From the sequence record AP017925.1: a DNA stretch of 64,000 nt; one strand, written 5' to 3'. Shown one piece after another: positions 9,532-19,034 of this stretch. Numbering within the stretch: the stretch's first letter is position 1; every line of letters starts with the position of its first letter. Under the pieces are notes generated by a model. The model was given only the letters and a program-made list of their open reading frames with translations. It was not told the origin of the DNA and ran no database searches. The translations under genes were made by a program, and so were the position numbers.

Positions 9532-9586
9532 GGCATACAACCCCTACCCGGACCCAATCAAGGGCCTGGGTAGGGGTTTAAAGCCG
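9532..9586 (-). terminator. phuZ terminator
   Basis: ACCCCTACCC/GGGTAGGGGT stem, then TTGTATGCC on the minus strand. Confidence 0.7.
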
Positions 9587-9597
9587 TCTAAACGCTA

Positions 9598-10602
9598 TTA
9601 CAGCGCCAAGAAGCCACCGGCCAGTTCTTCCTTACCGGAGAGAACTTCGCTCTGGGTGGTGCGAGCCGCCGCCGCGCGTTCCATTTCGTCGAGATGACCG
9701 CGCAGGCGGGCAGCGATGCCGTTGAACGGGTAGGCCTTGGTGACCAGGTGAACCGGAGCTTGCTGGGAGATTTCGGCCGAGATTTCGGCCGGCAGTACGC
9801 CGTAGCAGGTGTAGGGGATCACGAAGTCGACGCCACTGTTGTCCTTGTCAGCGCGAGCCGAAGCCAGCGTGATGGTATCAGCATGATCGGTGGCGGTCAG
9901 CTTGCCGGCGTAGGTTTCCAGGCCGACTGCATGCGCCTTGTAGCTGGTCATGCGGTTGACGTTCAGGAAGTTGTACATGTCGCGGGTATCCAGGCCTTCG
10001 TTCTGGCGCGAGAACAGCACCGACACAGCGACGACCAGTTCGGTGATCTTGTCATCGACCTTGGACATCGGCGTTTCCTGGTTGTTCTCGAAGTACGCGA
10101 CGGCGATCGTCTTGTCGGTCGTCTGCACGATGCCTTCGAAGGTCTTCAGGGTGTCCAGGGTGTTCTTGATCTCGGCGCCAGAATCAGCCACGCCCACGGT
10201 GATAGCGATCACCAGTTGGTCGTTGTCGAGCAGTTCCTTGATCAGGGCAGCGGCCAGCACGCCGCCGGTGCCGCCCGAGGCGGACGACAGCACCACGTTC
10301 GCGTAGCCCGGACGATGCTTTTGCAGCATTTCCTTGGCACCCTTCATGATCGCGGCAGCGTTCTGACGGCGTTCCTTGCCCGAGCCGTCCACGTCCGGAA
10401 CCAGGTAGATCTTGTCGGCCGGCATGCTCGGCTTCAGGTTCGAGCGCGAGGTGTCGAAATAGACGACATCGACCTCCGCCATACCAGCTTCGATGTGGCC
10501 GCGGAAGCCTTCGAAGTTCGAGCCGATGTTGATACCAGCGCCACCGCAGGCGTACAGTTTGATGTTGCCGCGTTCGGCCACTTGTGCTTGGTTTTGTTCC
10601 AT
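9598..10602 (-). CDS. phuZ: Phage tubulin PhuZ
   Basis: T1 loop ACGGAGINIG; T4-like SASGGTGG; C-terminal tail ending ELAGGFLAL; AAGGA SD; strongly biased codons. Confidence 0.93.
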   Translation of the reverse strand: MEQNQAQVAERGNIKLYACGGAGINIGSNFEGFRGHIEAGMAEVDVVYFDTSRSNLKPSMPADKIYLVPDVDGSGKERRQNAAAIMKGAKEMLQKHRPGYANVVLSSASGGTGGVLAAALIKELLDNDQLVIAITVGVADSGAEIKNTLDTLKTFEGIVQTTDKTIAVAYFENNQETPMSKVDDKITELVVAVSVLFSRQNEGLDTRDMYNFLNVNRMTSYKAHAVGLETYAGKLTATDHADTITLASARADKDNSGVDFVIPYTCYGVLPAEISAEISQQAPVHLVTKAYPFNGIAARLRGHLDEMERAAAARTTQSEVLSGKEELAGGFLAL

Positions 10603-10690
10603 GATGCTTTCTTTCCTTTAAAGGGTTTGGTGAGGGAGAAACGGGAATGGCAGTAATTGCTTCCACACAAGAACTGCCGAACGGTAAAAC

Positions 10691-11170
10691 TTAAGCCTTG
10701 AAGGCAGTTCCGCCATACATCTGATCCATCGGATTCATCGCGTTCATGTCAGACGGAGGCGCGATGGTCTTGGCCGCGGGAACAAAGTCGGCATCTTCGA
10801 GGACGATGACGCCATCTTCACCGACAATCGGGGTATCGGTGGTCTTGACGCTGATGTCGGCAGCCATCAGGTGGTCTGCACCAACTGGTGCTTCTTCAGC
10901 GGCCAGTTTCTCACCGCGTGCACCAGCTTCCAAGAGCTTAGCTTGCGCGGCGCGTTGCTCTTTCATTTGCTGATTGCGCTTGTTCACTAGGTGGAAGTGG
11001 TTGTTGCGACGCTCTTGTTCGCGACGCACCTTTTCTTGGTTCTTCTTCAGACGACGCTGCACACCCTTGTTCATGAACTTGGCGTGGGTCACACCGGCGG
11101 CGAGAGCTTCATCGATCTGGCCTTTGGTGATCTTGGAGGTAGCGATGTTGACCTGACGAGTGTTGGACAC
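10691..11170 (-). CDS. Hypothetical protein (basic coiled N-half, acidic C-half) upstream of phuZ
   Basis: GTG start with AAAGGA SD; downstream of a CATATTAC motif. Confidence 0.75.
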   Translation of the reverse strand: MSNTRQVNIATSKITKGQIDEALAAGVTHAKFMNKGVQRRLKKNQEKVRREQERRNNHFHLVNKRNQQMKEQRAAQAKLLEAGARGEKLAAEEAPVGADHLMAADISVKTTDTPIVGEDGVIVLEDADFVPAAKTIAPPSDMNAMNPMDQMYGGTAFKA

Positions 11171-11263
11171 GACTATTCCTTTACTAAGTAACGTGGTGAG
11201 GAAACTAACAACCTACTTAAGATTGCGGCTATTCTGTAGAAAACCGCCATTGTTCACAGAGTA

Positions 11264-11271
11264 GTAATATG
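11264..11271 (-). promoter_or_regulatory. Early-type promoter motif CATATTAC upstream of the phuZ operon
   Basis: CACATATTACTAC, intergenic, about 95 nt from the GTG start. Confidence 0.65.
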
Positions 11272-11555
11272 TGAGCGACGACAACTTCATTTGAAGCTAT
11301 GGTTCTCAGGAGCGCCAGCGGGACGCCGCCTGGTAGGTTACCAAAGACTGATGCAACACTGCACCGATTGTTTGGTTTATGACAACTCACAACACCCTCT
11401 TCGCCTATGGCATGTTCGTTAGTGAGTGAACCGGTTATTTGAAAATGCGATCGCCGCCCGTGCCATATGCCGGAGCGGGATCAAAGATCTCCTTTTCCTT
11501 TTTGACCTGTTTGCTCACATGCGCCTGAGCACTACATCACGAAAAGAGATTTATC

Positions 11556-12359
11556 ATGAATGCCCTTCGTAAAGCGCTGGACGATATCAAATTCGTTATT
11601 CCTCGCGCTGTGCTGGAAACCGTATTCGTTAAACGCCACCAAAACTTTCGGGTGGCGTCCCCGAGTCTGGACGAGCAGATTCTGAATGAGGTGATTAGAC
11701 CTCGTGTTTATATCGACACCAATCTCGTAGGTGGTGCCGAGATCCTGGTTGACCTGAGCGGTCTCGAAGGCGATGAAGTGAACACCACTGACATGGTGTA
11801 TCGCATCCCGAAGAACCGGACGCAAAACCGCACGATCATGAGCGTGCTCAACGTGACCTACGTTGATGCGCAAGCGATGGCCGCGGCTGGTCAATACGCT
11901 TCCTGTGGTGTGTCGGCTGAACAATCAGCCGCGCAAGCACTGCTGGATGCCGTATCGCCCCTGCCGCTGATCTCCACGGGTCGCATCACCGTCATCGGTG
12001 AAAACGTCGTGTTGATCCGTGACTCGATTCGCATTCCATCCAACAGCTACCTGCGTTGCATTGTGGCGCACGATGAGGCGATGAGCCACATCCAGCCGCG
12101 TAGCTACAAGGCGTTCTGCAAGCTGGTGGAGTACGCGGTCAAGTCCTACATCTACAACGAGTACGTGGTAGAACTGGACATGGGCGAGCTGCGTGGCGGT
12201 CATAACCTCGGTAAGTTCAAGGACATCATCGAGGGCTACAACGACTCCGAGGAACTGTACGACACGTACCTCCGCGAGAAGTGGGCCAAGATTTCCTTCC
12301 AGAACGACAGAGAGAGCCACAACCGCTTCTTGAAGCTGTTGATCGGTGGTCCGCGCTAA
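11556..12359 (+). CDS. Conserved phiKZ-like virion structural protein
   Basis: 267 aa; AL..IK..IP..VL and RPRVYIDTNLVGG patterns recalled from phiKZ-like core genes; TATGCCG upstream. Confidence 0.65.
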   Translation: MNALRKALDDIKFVIPRAVLETVFVKRHQNFRVASPSLDEQILNEVIRPRVYIDTNLVGGAEILVDLSGLEGDEVNTTDMVYRIPKNRTQNRTIMSVLNVTYVDAQAMAAAGQYASCGVSAEQSAAQALLDAVSPLPLISTGRITVIGENVVLIRDSIRIPSNSYLRCIVAHDEAMSHIQPRSYKAFCKLVEYAVKSYIYNEYVVELDMGELRGGHNLGKFKDIIEGYNDSEELYDTYLREKWAKISFQNDRESHNRFLKLLIGGPR

Positions 12360-12371
12360 AAAATAAAAGCG

Positions 12372-12419
12372 CAACATAGAGGAGAGGAGGGCAGACGCCC
12401 TCCTCTCCTTTTATGCCGC
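12372..12419. terminator. Bidirectional terminator between convergent genes
   Basis: 12-bp stem plus TTTTATGCCGC. Confidence 0.8.
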
Positions 12420-12974
12420 CACAGCCTGTTCGACTTTTTCTTCGAACGAAAGGGCAATGAAACCATTGTCCATTACGATAACAACGGATACTTGTCGTTC
12501 GTCATCGTAGTATTCGTCCAGATGCTGTTCATTGATGAACGCCTGCACCTTACCACCCGAAGGACCACCGGCAATCCGCGAATCCGGGAAGGCCATGAAT
12601 GTGGCCATTTCCGTGACGTGGAAACAGAAGCGCGTCAACAGCCCGAGTAGGTCCTTCGTTCCTTGACAGTAAAGGACGTTCTCACTTTGCGTACGGAACT
12701 GGCTGTAGCGCAGATCCTCGATTTGTTCCGTACGGAATTCTGTCTTGGGTTCGGCAAAGCTCACCACCATAGCCGCGCCCTTCTCACTTTCGAAATGACG
12801 GAAACCGACGACACCTTCAGCAGTATCTTCAGCTGTCTTCTCAGTTGCAGCAATTCGCGTGAAGGGATAAAGCTTCTTCAGCAAATCTTCGGTGAGCAGC
12901 AGGGCTTCGCCATCCATTTGTGCCCGCAGAGGAGCGAGAGATTCGATGAGCTTTTGATGAACAGGACTGACCAT
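12411..12974 (-). CDS. Hypothetical protein
   Basis: GGAG SD before ATG 12974; stop codon lies within a GCGGCATAA element. Confidence 0.7.
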   Translation of the reverse strand: MVSPVHQKLIESLAPLRAQMDGEALLLTEDLLKKLYPFTRIAATEKTAEDTAEGVVGFRHFESEKGAAMVVSFAEPKTEFRTEQIEDLRYSQFRTQSENVLYCQGTKDLLGLLTRFCFHVTEMATFMAFPDSRIAGGPSGGKVQAFINEQHLDEYYDDERQVSVVIVMDNGFIALSFEEKVEQAVAA

Positions 12975-12976
12975 GT

Positions 12977-13543
12977 CTATTTTTCTCCGTTGTCGATTAC
13001 GAAATAGCAGGTGACGGTGCAATATGGATTTCCTTCAGGACCGAACTCATGCACCACACCGATGCGATAGGAAGTAGAGCCTTCGCACGTACAAGAGCTA
13101 TAGTGGTAGTTGATCTTGTCTGCCTTGATCCCACTCAGGGTGTCAAGCAACTGATGGAAGGTGATTTCACCATCTGCATCGAAATGCGCTTCACGGACAA
13201 GAGCTGGAATCTGCTTGAGGACTTCCTCTTTCTCGACGCAACGATGGGCGTGGAGGAATCGCAGGCACTCACGCTCATCATCCGGTTTCTTCGAGTACGC
13301 TACCAGTCGAGCAGAGCAGTACGTCACTTTCTTGGAAGAACTGCCTTTGAGATGGATGCGCTTTTCCTGATATTTCAGGAACGGCAGTGCAAACAAGCCA
13401 TGCGACACTGCAATGGCATCTTCAAGGGAAGAGGTCTGTTCGTACTTCTTGAACAGGTCGTTTAGCACGACAGCGATGGATGTCAACCCAATGTTCGCCA
13501 CCTCAGGGAATGCTGGGTCGATTTTAATGTTCATGGTCATCAT
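12977..13543 (-). CDS. Hypothetical protein
   Basis: ORF abutting the next gene; start 13543/13540/13534. Confidence 0.65.
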   Translation of the reverse strand: MMTMNIKIDPAFPEVANIGLTSIAVVLNDLFKKYEQTSSLEDAIAVSHGLFALPFLKYQEKRIHLKGSSSKKVTYCSARLVAYSKKPDDERECLRFLHAHRCVEKEEVLKQIPALVREAHFDADGEITFHQLLDTLSGIKADKINYHYSSCTCEGSTSYRIGVVHEFGPEGNPYCTVTCYFVIDNGEK

Positions 13544-13611
13544 GCCGAGCCAAAATAAAAGAAGGATCAACACGAGCCAGAGAGCGAATGCTCTCTGGCT
13601 CTATGTCGGGG

Positions 13612-14172
13612 TTATTTGAACAGGGTCTTGAGGGTGAGGCCATTCGACATTGCCATGGGCTTCACGAGATCGACATCATCAATCGTGATTTCCCAAGACA
13701 GGTGGTCGAAGCCATCGTCACCGACGAGTTTCACATAGATACCGAAGACATTGGTTCCAGTGAACTTGTTCTCGTAGATGCCGGCGTAGGTTTCAAGACG
13801 CTCGCCCCACTTCGCCAAGAAGTCGAGTATAGGACGCATGAAATCTTTGGTCGTGACTTGCACGTCACCGTTTGCCCAGGCCTTTCCGCCAACGAAGCTT
13901 TGACGAATCATGCGTTCTACAGCTGTGTGACGAATCGCGCGAAGCGGTTCTTTGTTCTTCAAGGCCTTACCCAATACCATATCAGACAGCGGTACGAAGT
14001 CTGCCAGATAGTTCTGGTAGCCGTTGATGGTGCGTGGGTTGATTTTCTTGGCATCGGCGTAGCCAAGTTCGAATTTGTGGTGTTCTTTGAAAAGCAACGA
14101 CGCCATATAAGCAACGTGCTGTGCTTCTTGACAGATTTTCTTGGCGGTGACGCGTGAGAGAACTTTTGCCAT
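13612..14172 (-). CDS. Hypothetical protein
   Basis: 186 aa; downstream of a CATATGAC early-like motif. Confidence 0.7.
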   Translation of the reverse strand: MAKVLSRVTAKKICQEAQHVAYMASLLFKEHHKFELGYADAKKINPRTINGYQNYLADFVPLSDMVLGKALKNKEPLRAIRHTAVERMIRQSFVGGKAWANGDVQVTTKDFMRPILDFLAKWGERLETYAGIYENKFTGTNVFGIYVKLVGDDGFDHLSWEITIDDVDLVKPMAMSNGLTLKTLFK

Positions 14173-14237
14173 GACTGATTAAACTTTCATTTAGAGTTAG
14201 AGTTTGTCTTGAGCTACCGCTAGTATAGCTCAGGTCT

Positions 14238-14245
14238 GTCATATG
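14238..14245 (-). promoter_or_regulatory. Early-type promoter variant CATATGAC
   Basis: TTTCA-ACCA-CATATGAC, same spacing as the other copies. Confidence 0.45.
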
Positions 14246-14484
14246 TGGTTGAAAATAAATTCATTCCATCATGACGATTTGTTGCTGCTCTACTACTCAT
14301 TCAGTCTATGGGACGACAAAATAAAAAAGAAGTTTCCCCTACCCCCAGCGCCTCGTAGGCGCCAGGAGTGGAGACGTACTGTGGCTTATAAAAGCCCGAG
14401 TTGATAGAAAAGGGCATAACCCCCGACACCGGCGCCTTTCCAAGCGCTAGTGCCGGAGGTCATTTCGTGTGCTACAGGAGGAGA

Positions 14485-15006
14485 TTACGCTTCTTCAGAG
14501 AACGTGAGAATGCAGGAAAACTTAATTCCCTGAAATTCATCTTCGATCGTGATCGCGCGTGTGCCGTCGACGCCCATGTAGTGGTAATACCGGGTGTACG
14601 GAGGCAGCGTGCCGGCAAAGTTGGCAATCTGACGCAAGCGCCAGGCGACGAGCGGGACTTGCTCGGAATTTGCCATCTGTTGCAGTTGCAGACCGGTGAT
14701 CTCGTTGATGGGGTTCGAGTCCGCTGCAAACCACGGGAAGTCAAGCAAGCCGACGGAGATGTCCAGTACCGATTGTCCGCGGTAGATGAACTTCTCGTGC
14801 ATGCCCTCTCCGTTGAAGGAGTCAGGCGCGTTGTTGAAAACGCGGTAGAAGATTTCCGGACTGTTCGTATCGATCAGACCCAACGCCATATCACGGTAGC
14901 GGGAGTACATAACGAACGAAGTCTCGGGATTCACGCGTGTGGAAAACTGGGCACGCGGGAACTGGTTGAGATGGAAAGTGCTAGGGATGGTGGTAGCGGT
15001 CAACAT
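14485..15006 (-). CDS. Hypothetical protein
   Basis: GAGGA SD before ATG 15006. Confidence 0.7.
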   Translation of the reverse strand: MLTATTIPSTFHLNQFPRAQFSTRVNPETSFVMYSRYRDMALGLIDTNSPEIFYRVFNNAPDSFNGEGMHEKFIYRGQSVLDISVGLLDFPWFAADSNPINEITGLQLQQMANSEQVPLVAWRLRQIANFAGTLPPYTRYYHYMGVDGTRAITIEDEFQGIKFSCILTFSEEA

Positions 15007-15195
15007 GGTTTCCTCACTTGTGTCGATAAGTCTAGTGAACAATGCCCCGTAAATCAGGACTAGCTCCGCGAACACGCGGTCGCATTTGCTCTGACAAATT
15101 TTCACTGCTAAAGAATCCGAATTTCCCGTACTTTATGCCAATGAACACTGTGCCCTCAGGCACGAGTGGGTTTGCTAGCCAAAGATGACTCAACC

Positions 15196-15449
15196 TTATT
15201 CAGGGAGTGTCCTCGGTCCTAACAAACGCAGCGCATTCACCGTCTTCGTCGCTTCTTTTATTGTCTGGGAAGGCAGTTCCCAGCCTAAAGCGTTGTAAAG
15301 AATAGTACATTACAAACTAAAGCTCGTACTTCACGACCCCGGAGGTTTAAATCCTCCAGTGGACACGATTGACCGGTCCAAGCTTCAGTGTATGGGATAT
15401 CAGGGTGTTTTGGTCCAATTGGTTTGTCTTTTTAGTTAGTATTGGTCAT
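15196..15449 (-). pseudogene. Possible disrupted small gene
   Basis: AAAGGAG SD and ATG, TAA at codon 6, then 48 open in-frame codons and a protein-like continuation in another frame. Confidence 0.3.
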
Positions 15450-15555
15450 CGTAGATTGCTCCTTTAGGAATCTACTGCTCTGTGTATTTTTGTTTCTCCG
15501 TCTAGAAGCTTATCACATGGCGTATAGTCCTTATTTAAATAAGTTGGAAATTTTT

Positions 15556-15684
15556 GGCATAAGCGAGGAAAAAGTGCGGTAACCAAGAACACGTGACGTC
15601 GCCGGGGCTGGGACTAGGTTAATGGTTACCGCTTAAGGCCTGTTGTCTTACTCAACATCGCAAAGCTTCAGCACCCTCGCTCTT
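15556..15684 (-). ncRNA. Candidate structured RNA (nested three-stem fold)
   Basis: GCGAGG/CCTCGC outer stem, 10-bp GCGGTAACCA/TGGTTACCGC stem and TGTTG/CAACA stem; ends in TTATGCC. Confidence 0.35.
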
Positions 15685-15734
15685 ACTTCGCATCGAATAG
15701 GGTCACGTAGTAAAAAACGACTATTCGTCGTAAC

Positions 15735-16352
15735 TTAAACGATAACCCAGTCAATGCGAGTGTAGTACGAGAGCACACCCGGAGAAACCAGAGCCAGGGT
15801 AATGATAATCCCTTGCTCACTATGCGTTACCTCGCAGGTATCCACACAGCACGTGTTCTTGACGGTTTTCAAGAACGCGATAATCTCCAGTAGAACCGGC
15901 AAGGCCTCCTGCCCGTTCTTCATCTTGGCATTTTCCCACTTGTGGCCTTCGTTCTCCAGAGAGTCCTCCAGATACAACACCACATTCTGCACCGGCGTAC
16001 CGCGATTGCCTTCACCGTCCTGATAGGACTGGGTGAACAGCTTGCGTTCATCTGCCGTAGTGGGCTGAATCGCAATGCTCAGCCCTTGCAGGTCTTCCTT
16101 GTCACGCAGCGATTCCTGAATCACGTAGCGGCTATTCGCCTTTTTGGTCCAGTGCATCATCTGGTATTCGAACATGCCCGCAGGACACATCCGCGTAATC
16201 TTCGCACACAGCTTGTGCAGCTGCTTAGCCAGCTCTCCCATGGCTTTGGGATAGAAGCGACGACCATAGCGTTCTACAAACGCCACATCCGAGTCGCCCA
16301 TCACGCCACCATACGGTTTGAACCACAGGTGCAAGGTATCATTCTCAGTCAT
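15735..16352 (-). CDS. Hypothetical protein
   Basis: 205 aa ORF with genome-like codon usage. Confidence 0.7.
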   Translation of the reverse strand: MTENDTLHLWFKPYGGVMGDSDVAFVERYGRRFYPKAMGELAKQLHKLCAKITRMCPAGMFEYQMMHWTKKANSRYVIQESLRDKEDLQGLSIAIQPTTADERKLFTQSYQDGEGNRGTPVQNVVLYLEDSLENEGHKWENAKMKNGQEALPVLLEIIAFLKTVKNTCCVDTCEVTHSEQGIIITLALVSPGVLSYYTRIDWVIV

Positions 16353-16384
16353 GATGTACTCTTAAAAAGAAGTTGGTTTGAATT

Positions 16385-16933
16385 GCTTGCAAGCAAAACC
16401 TCTTGCAAGCATGACATAGTCATAAGCCCTCATAACGCTTACCAAGGGCTTCTGCCTCATAGTAGAGGTCACAGCGGCATAGAGAGTAGAGGGACAACCC
16501 TCTACTCTCCTAAAAAGAATTTTTTGTCTATGGAGTGCTCTTACAGGCACTCCTAGCACCCATGATCAATTATTTACCTATTCTTATTGATCTTGTGTAC
16601 GCTTAGAAACCGGTCATAAAGCTAGTAGGGCCTTCGGCCCCTACTAGCTCCTTAAGCGAGGCTATGTCGTTCATCTGAAGATGAAGGAAAACCTTAATTC
16701 CTCATCACTCACGGTCAGACGCACGTTGGCGTCTGTCCGGGGATAGTTAGTCATCTACCACACTAAGTTATTTCACTCACCCAGCTTGGCTGCTCCTTCT
16801 ACCTCCCCAATCAGTGCGTTCACTCCTGACCACACTGATCAAACTATAAGGGGAGAGAATGTAAAAAGATGATTAACCTTAGGAAGTGAGAACACTTCCT
16901 TATGAGACGAGATACCGTCCTTATAAAGGACGA
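16385..16933. repeat. Tandem array of about 12 unrelated inverted repeats
   Basis: Successive stems read directly from the sequence in a divergent intergenic region. Confidence 0.75.
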
Positions 16934-16967
16934 TGTTCCAGTATAACCAACTTGTGGTGAGATCAAC

Positions 16968-17585
16968 ATGAAAAGCTTTATGTCTGCTGCTCTGCAGGAA
17001 ACTGAACCGACGAAGAGTAACAAGCCCGCTGCAGGTACTGAGTGCAGCGACTGCAATGGTAAGGCAGTCACAACGACTGGTGGGATGGAGTCAGCTGAAG
17101 CTGCTGCACCTGCTGAAAACAAACAAGATCCCAAAGCTCAGGAGAACGCTGTCGTGGTCATGCAAGGTCCCTTGGGCTCGGTCATTACCGAAGCCCTGAA
17201 CAAATCGCTGAACAAGAAGAACCTGGCTAACCCGGTGCAAGTGCCCAACGTCGGTACGGAAGATCTGACCACCGAGTACGTGCAAGCCAATGGCCAGATC
17301 AACAACCCGCCGGAACTGTTCTCCCGGATCAGCAAGGCTGTCGGTCTGGTGCCCTGCACCGACGATGCACCGACCGTGATCAACACCATGCTCGATGCTG
17401 CCTCCAGGGTGGATGACATCGACTTCTTGATGGTGCGCTCGGTGGACATCGATCCGTCCGTGTCCCAAGTGCCGCAAAAGTGTGTGGTGCAGGTGATGGG
17501 TATCGACGGCAACCCTGGCCTGGAAGAAGTGGCCATCGAATCCGTACAAGTGGTCGTCAAGTACGGCAAGATTCGCAAGGGATAG
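16968..17585 (+). CDS. Putative head protein with G/A-x-E motifs
   Basis: 205 aa; GGMES, VGTE and VAIES motifs; MQGPLGSVITEALNK core; first gene of the + structural pair. Confidence 0.55.
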   Translation: MKSFMSAALQETEPTKSNKPAAGTECSDCNGKAVTTTGGMESAEAAAPAENKQDPKAQENAVVVMQGPLGSVITEALNKSLNKKNLANPVQVPNVGTEDLTTEYVQANGQINNPPELFSRISKAVGLVPCTDDAPTVINTMLDAASRVDDIDFLMVRSVDIDPSVSQVPQKCVVQVMGIDGNPGLEEVAIESVQVVVKYGKIRKG

Positions 17586-17713
17586 GCCTTGTGGGGCGTT
17601 TAGAAGCCCGCCACGCGCTTCTAGGAGGGTTGGAGCAACCAATTCCCATCTTTGTCCTTAGAATCGCTTAAACGGGCTTCTAGAGCCATTTTAATCTACA
17701 AGGAAAATCATCC

Positions 17714-18979
17714 ATGTACCGTATTGTCAAAGAGGTCTTTGAAGGCGAAGCCAAAGATCTGGAGTTCGACAAGCGTCTTGCCGAGGCAATCCATCGCTAC
17801 AAGCAGAACTTCATCAACCGTAACCGAGAACACGCTTCGTTCTTCGGCGGTAACCTGCTCGGGGTAAACGTCGTCCGCTTCGTGGACTCGGATAAGGACA
17901 ACTGGTTCGATAACATCATCCAGGCTGATGAAGAGCTGTTGCGTGAACGCCTGCATGCTTTGCCGGGTATCAATCCGGAATGGCACGTGTCGTCCAACGT
18001 GATGAACCTCTCGTGCGCATACCTTGTCCACAAGTTCTTCCACTCGGCCCTACCTGCAGCACAAAAGCGTCAGGCTATGTTCGACGTGTTCCTGATCCTG
18101 CAATTCAAGTACATTTCCTCGATCCTGTACCGGTTCTTCCCGTATCCGGCTGACCGGGCTGTAGCCGAGGCTACCTACGCTGCCCTGAACATGAAGTTCA
18201 TCCTGAAGGAAAAGGGTTCTTGGCTGGGTCTGCTCTCGCACCGTTGTGAAGAGATCCTGTCGCGTAGCTCTCCGCATTACAACGCTATCTCGTCCATGAA
18301 CTCAGACAAGGAAGTGGTTGATATGTTGAATGCTATTCACGGCGCCCTGAAGGGTTACGTGAAGAACATGAGAGAAGTGATGGAACGCGTTCGACTGACC
18401 GGTGGTAAAGTTGCTTCGGTATCTTCGGTCGCTGGCGTGAATGGCGAGGAAATCCTCAAGGATAAGACTCGCGGTCCGATCGTGTTCACCAACTACCTGA
18501 AGTCGATCCTCTCGGACAAGAACTCGTTCATTCGAGAAGAACTGCTGCTCGTGATCACCAAGATCATGCCGTCGGCTAACTACCGACACCTCCGCTCCGC
18601 ATTGGAGCACTTGTCGCAAAACTACTTCCGCGCGGATCACCAGAAGATCGAACGAATCGTGAACCTGTCGATGGTACATGCATTCGCTTATCTGTCCGAT
18701 AACCGGATCTCGTTGCGCTCCAACGTAGACCTTCCGGCTATGCTCGTGCGTCTGAAAGGCGCATACACTTCTTCGCGCTCGACAGATCCGGATCTGTTGG
18801 AACTGCGCGATCTGGTGGAAACTGTGATTCGCCCTGCAGTGGATTCCAAGACTGAAGCAGTGGTGGCTTCGGTACGGACTGGCGTACTGCTGTATCTCGT
18901 GTCCCGTGCATACACGATGCAATACTACTCCAGCGTACACGGCATTTCTGACGGTAACAGCAAAGTGCTTCGGCGATAG
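17714..18979 (+). CDS. Conserved phiKZ-like virion structural protein
   Basis: 421 aa; N.EH..FFGGNLLGV motif recalled from phiKZ-like core proteins; convergent with terL; AAGGA SD. Confidence 0.7.
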   Translation: MYRIVKEVFEGEAKDLEFDKRLAEAIHRYKQNFINRNREHASFFGGNLLGVNVVRFVDSDKDNWFDNIIQADEELLRERLHALPGINPEWHVSSNVMNLSCAYLVHKFFHSALPAAQKRQAMFDVFLILQFKYISSILYRFFPYPADRAVAEATYAALNMKFILKEKGSWLGLLSHRCEEILSRSSPHYNAISSMNSDKEVVDMLNAIHGALKGYVKNMREVMERVRLTGGKVASVSSVAGVNGEEILKDKTRGPIVFTNYLKSILSDKNSFIREELLLVITKIMPSANYRHLRSALEHLSQNYFRADHQKIERIVNLSMVHAFAYLSDNRISLRSNVDLPAMLVRLKGAYTSSRSTDPDLLELRDLVETVIRPAVDSKTEAVVASVRTGVLLYLVSRAYTMQYYSSVHGISDGNSKVLRR

Positions 18980-19026
18980 CCAGCATAAAAGGCCAGGAGG
19001 GGAAACCCTCCTGGCTCTTATGCTGG
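18980..19026. terminator. Bidirectional terminator between the 17714 gene and terL
   Basis: CCAGCATAAAA-stem(GAAA)-CTTATGCTGG. Confidence 0.8.
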
Positions 19027-19034
19027 CGAATTAC

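Noticed and set aside
15586-15622. CTAGTCCCAGCCCCGG resembles the twister ribozyme L4 loop
   Set aside because: The GAGGG pseudoknot partner before P1 is missing.
16385-16933. Hairpin array as a CRISPR or mini-array
   Set aside because: The stems share no repeated sequence and have no regular spacing.
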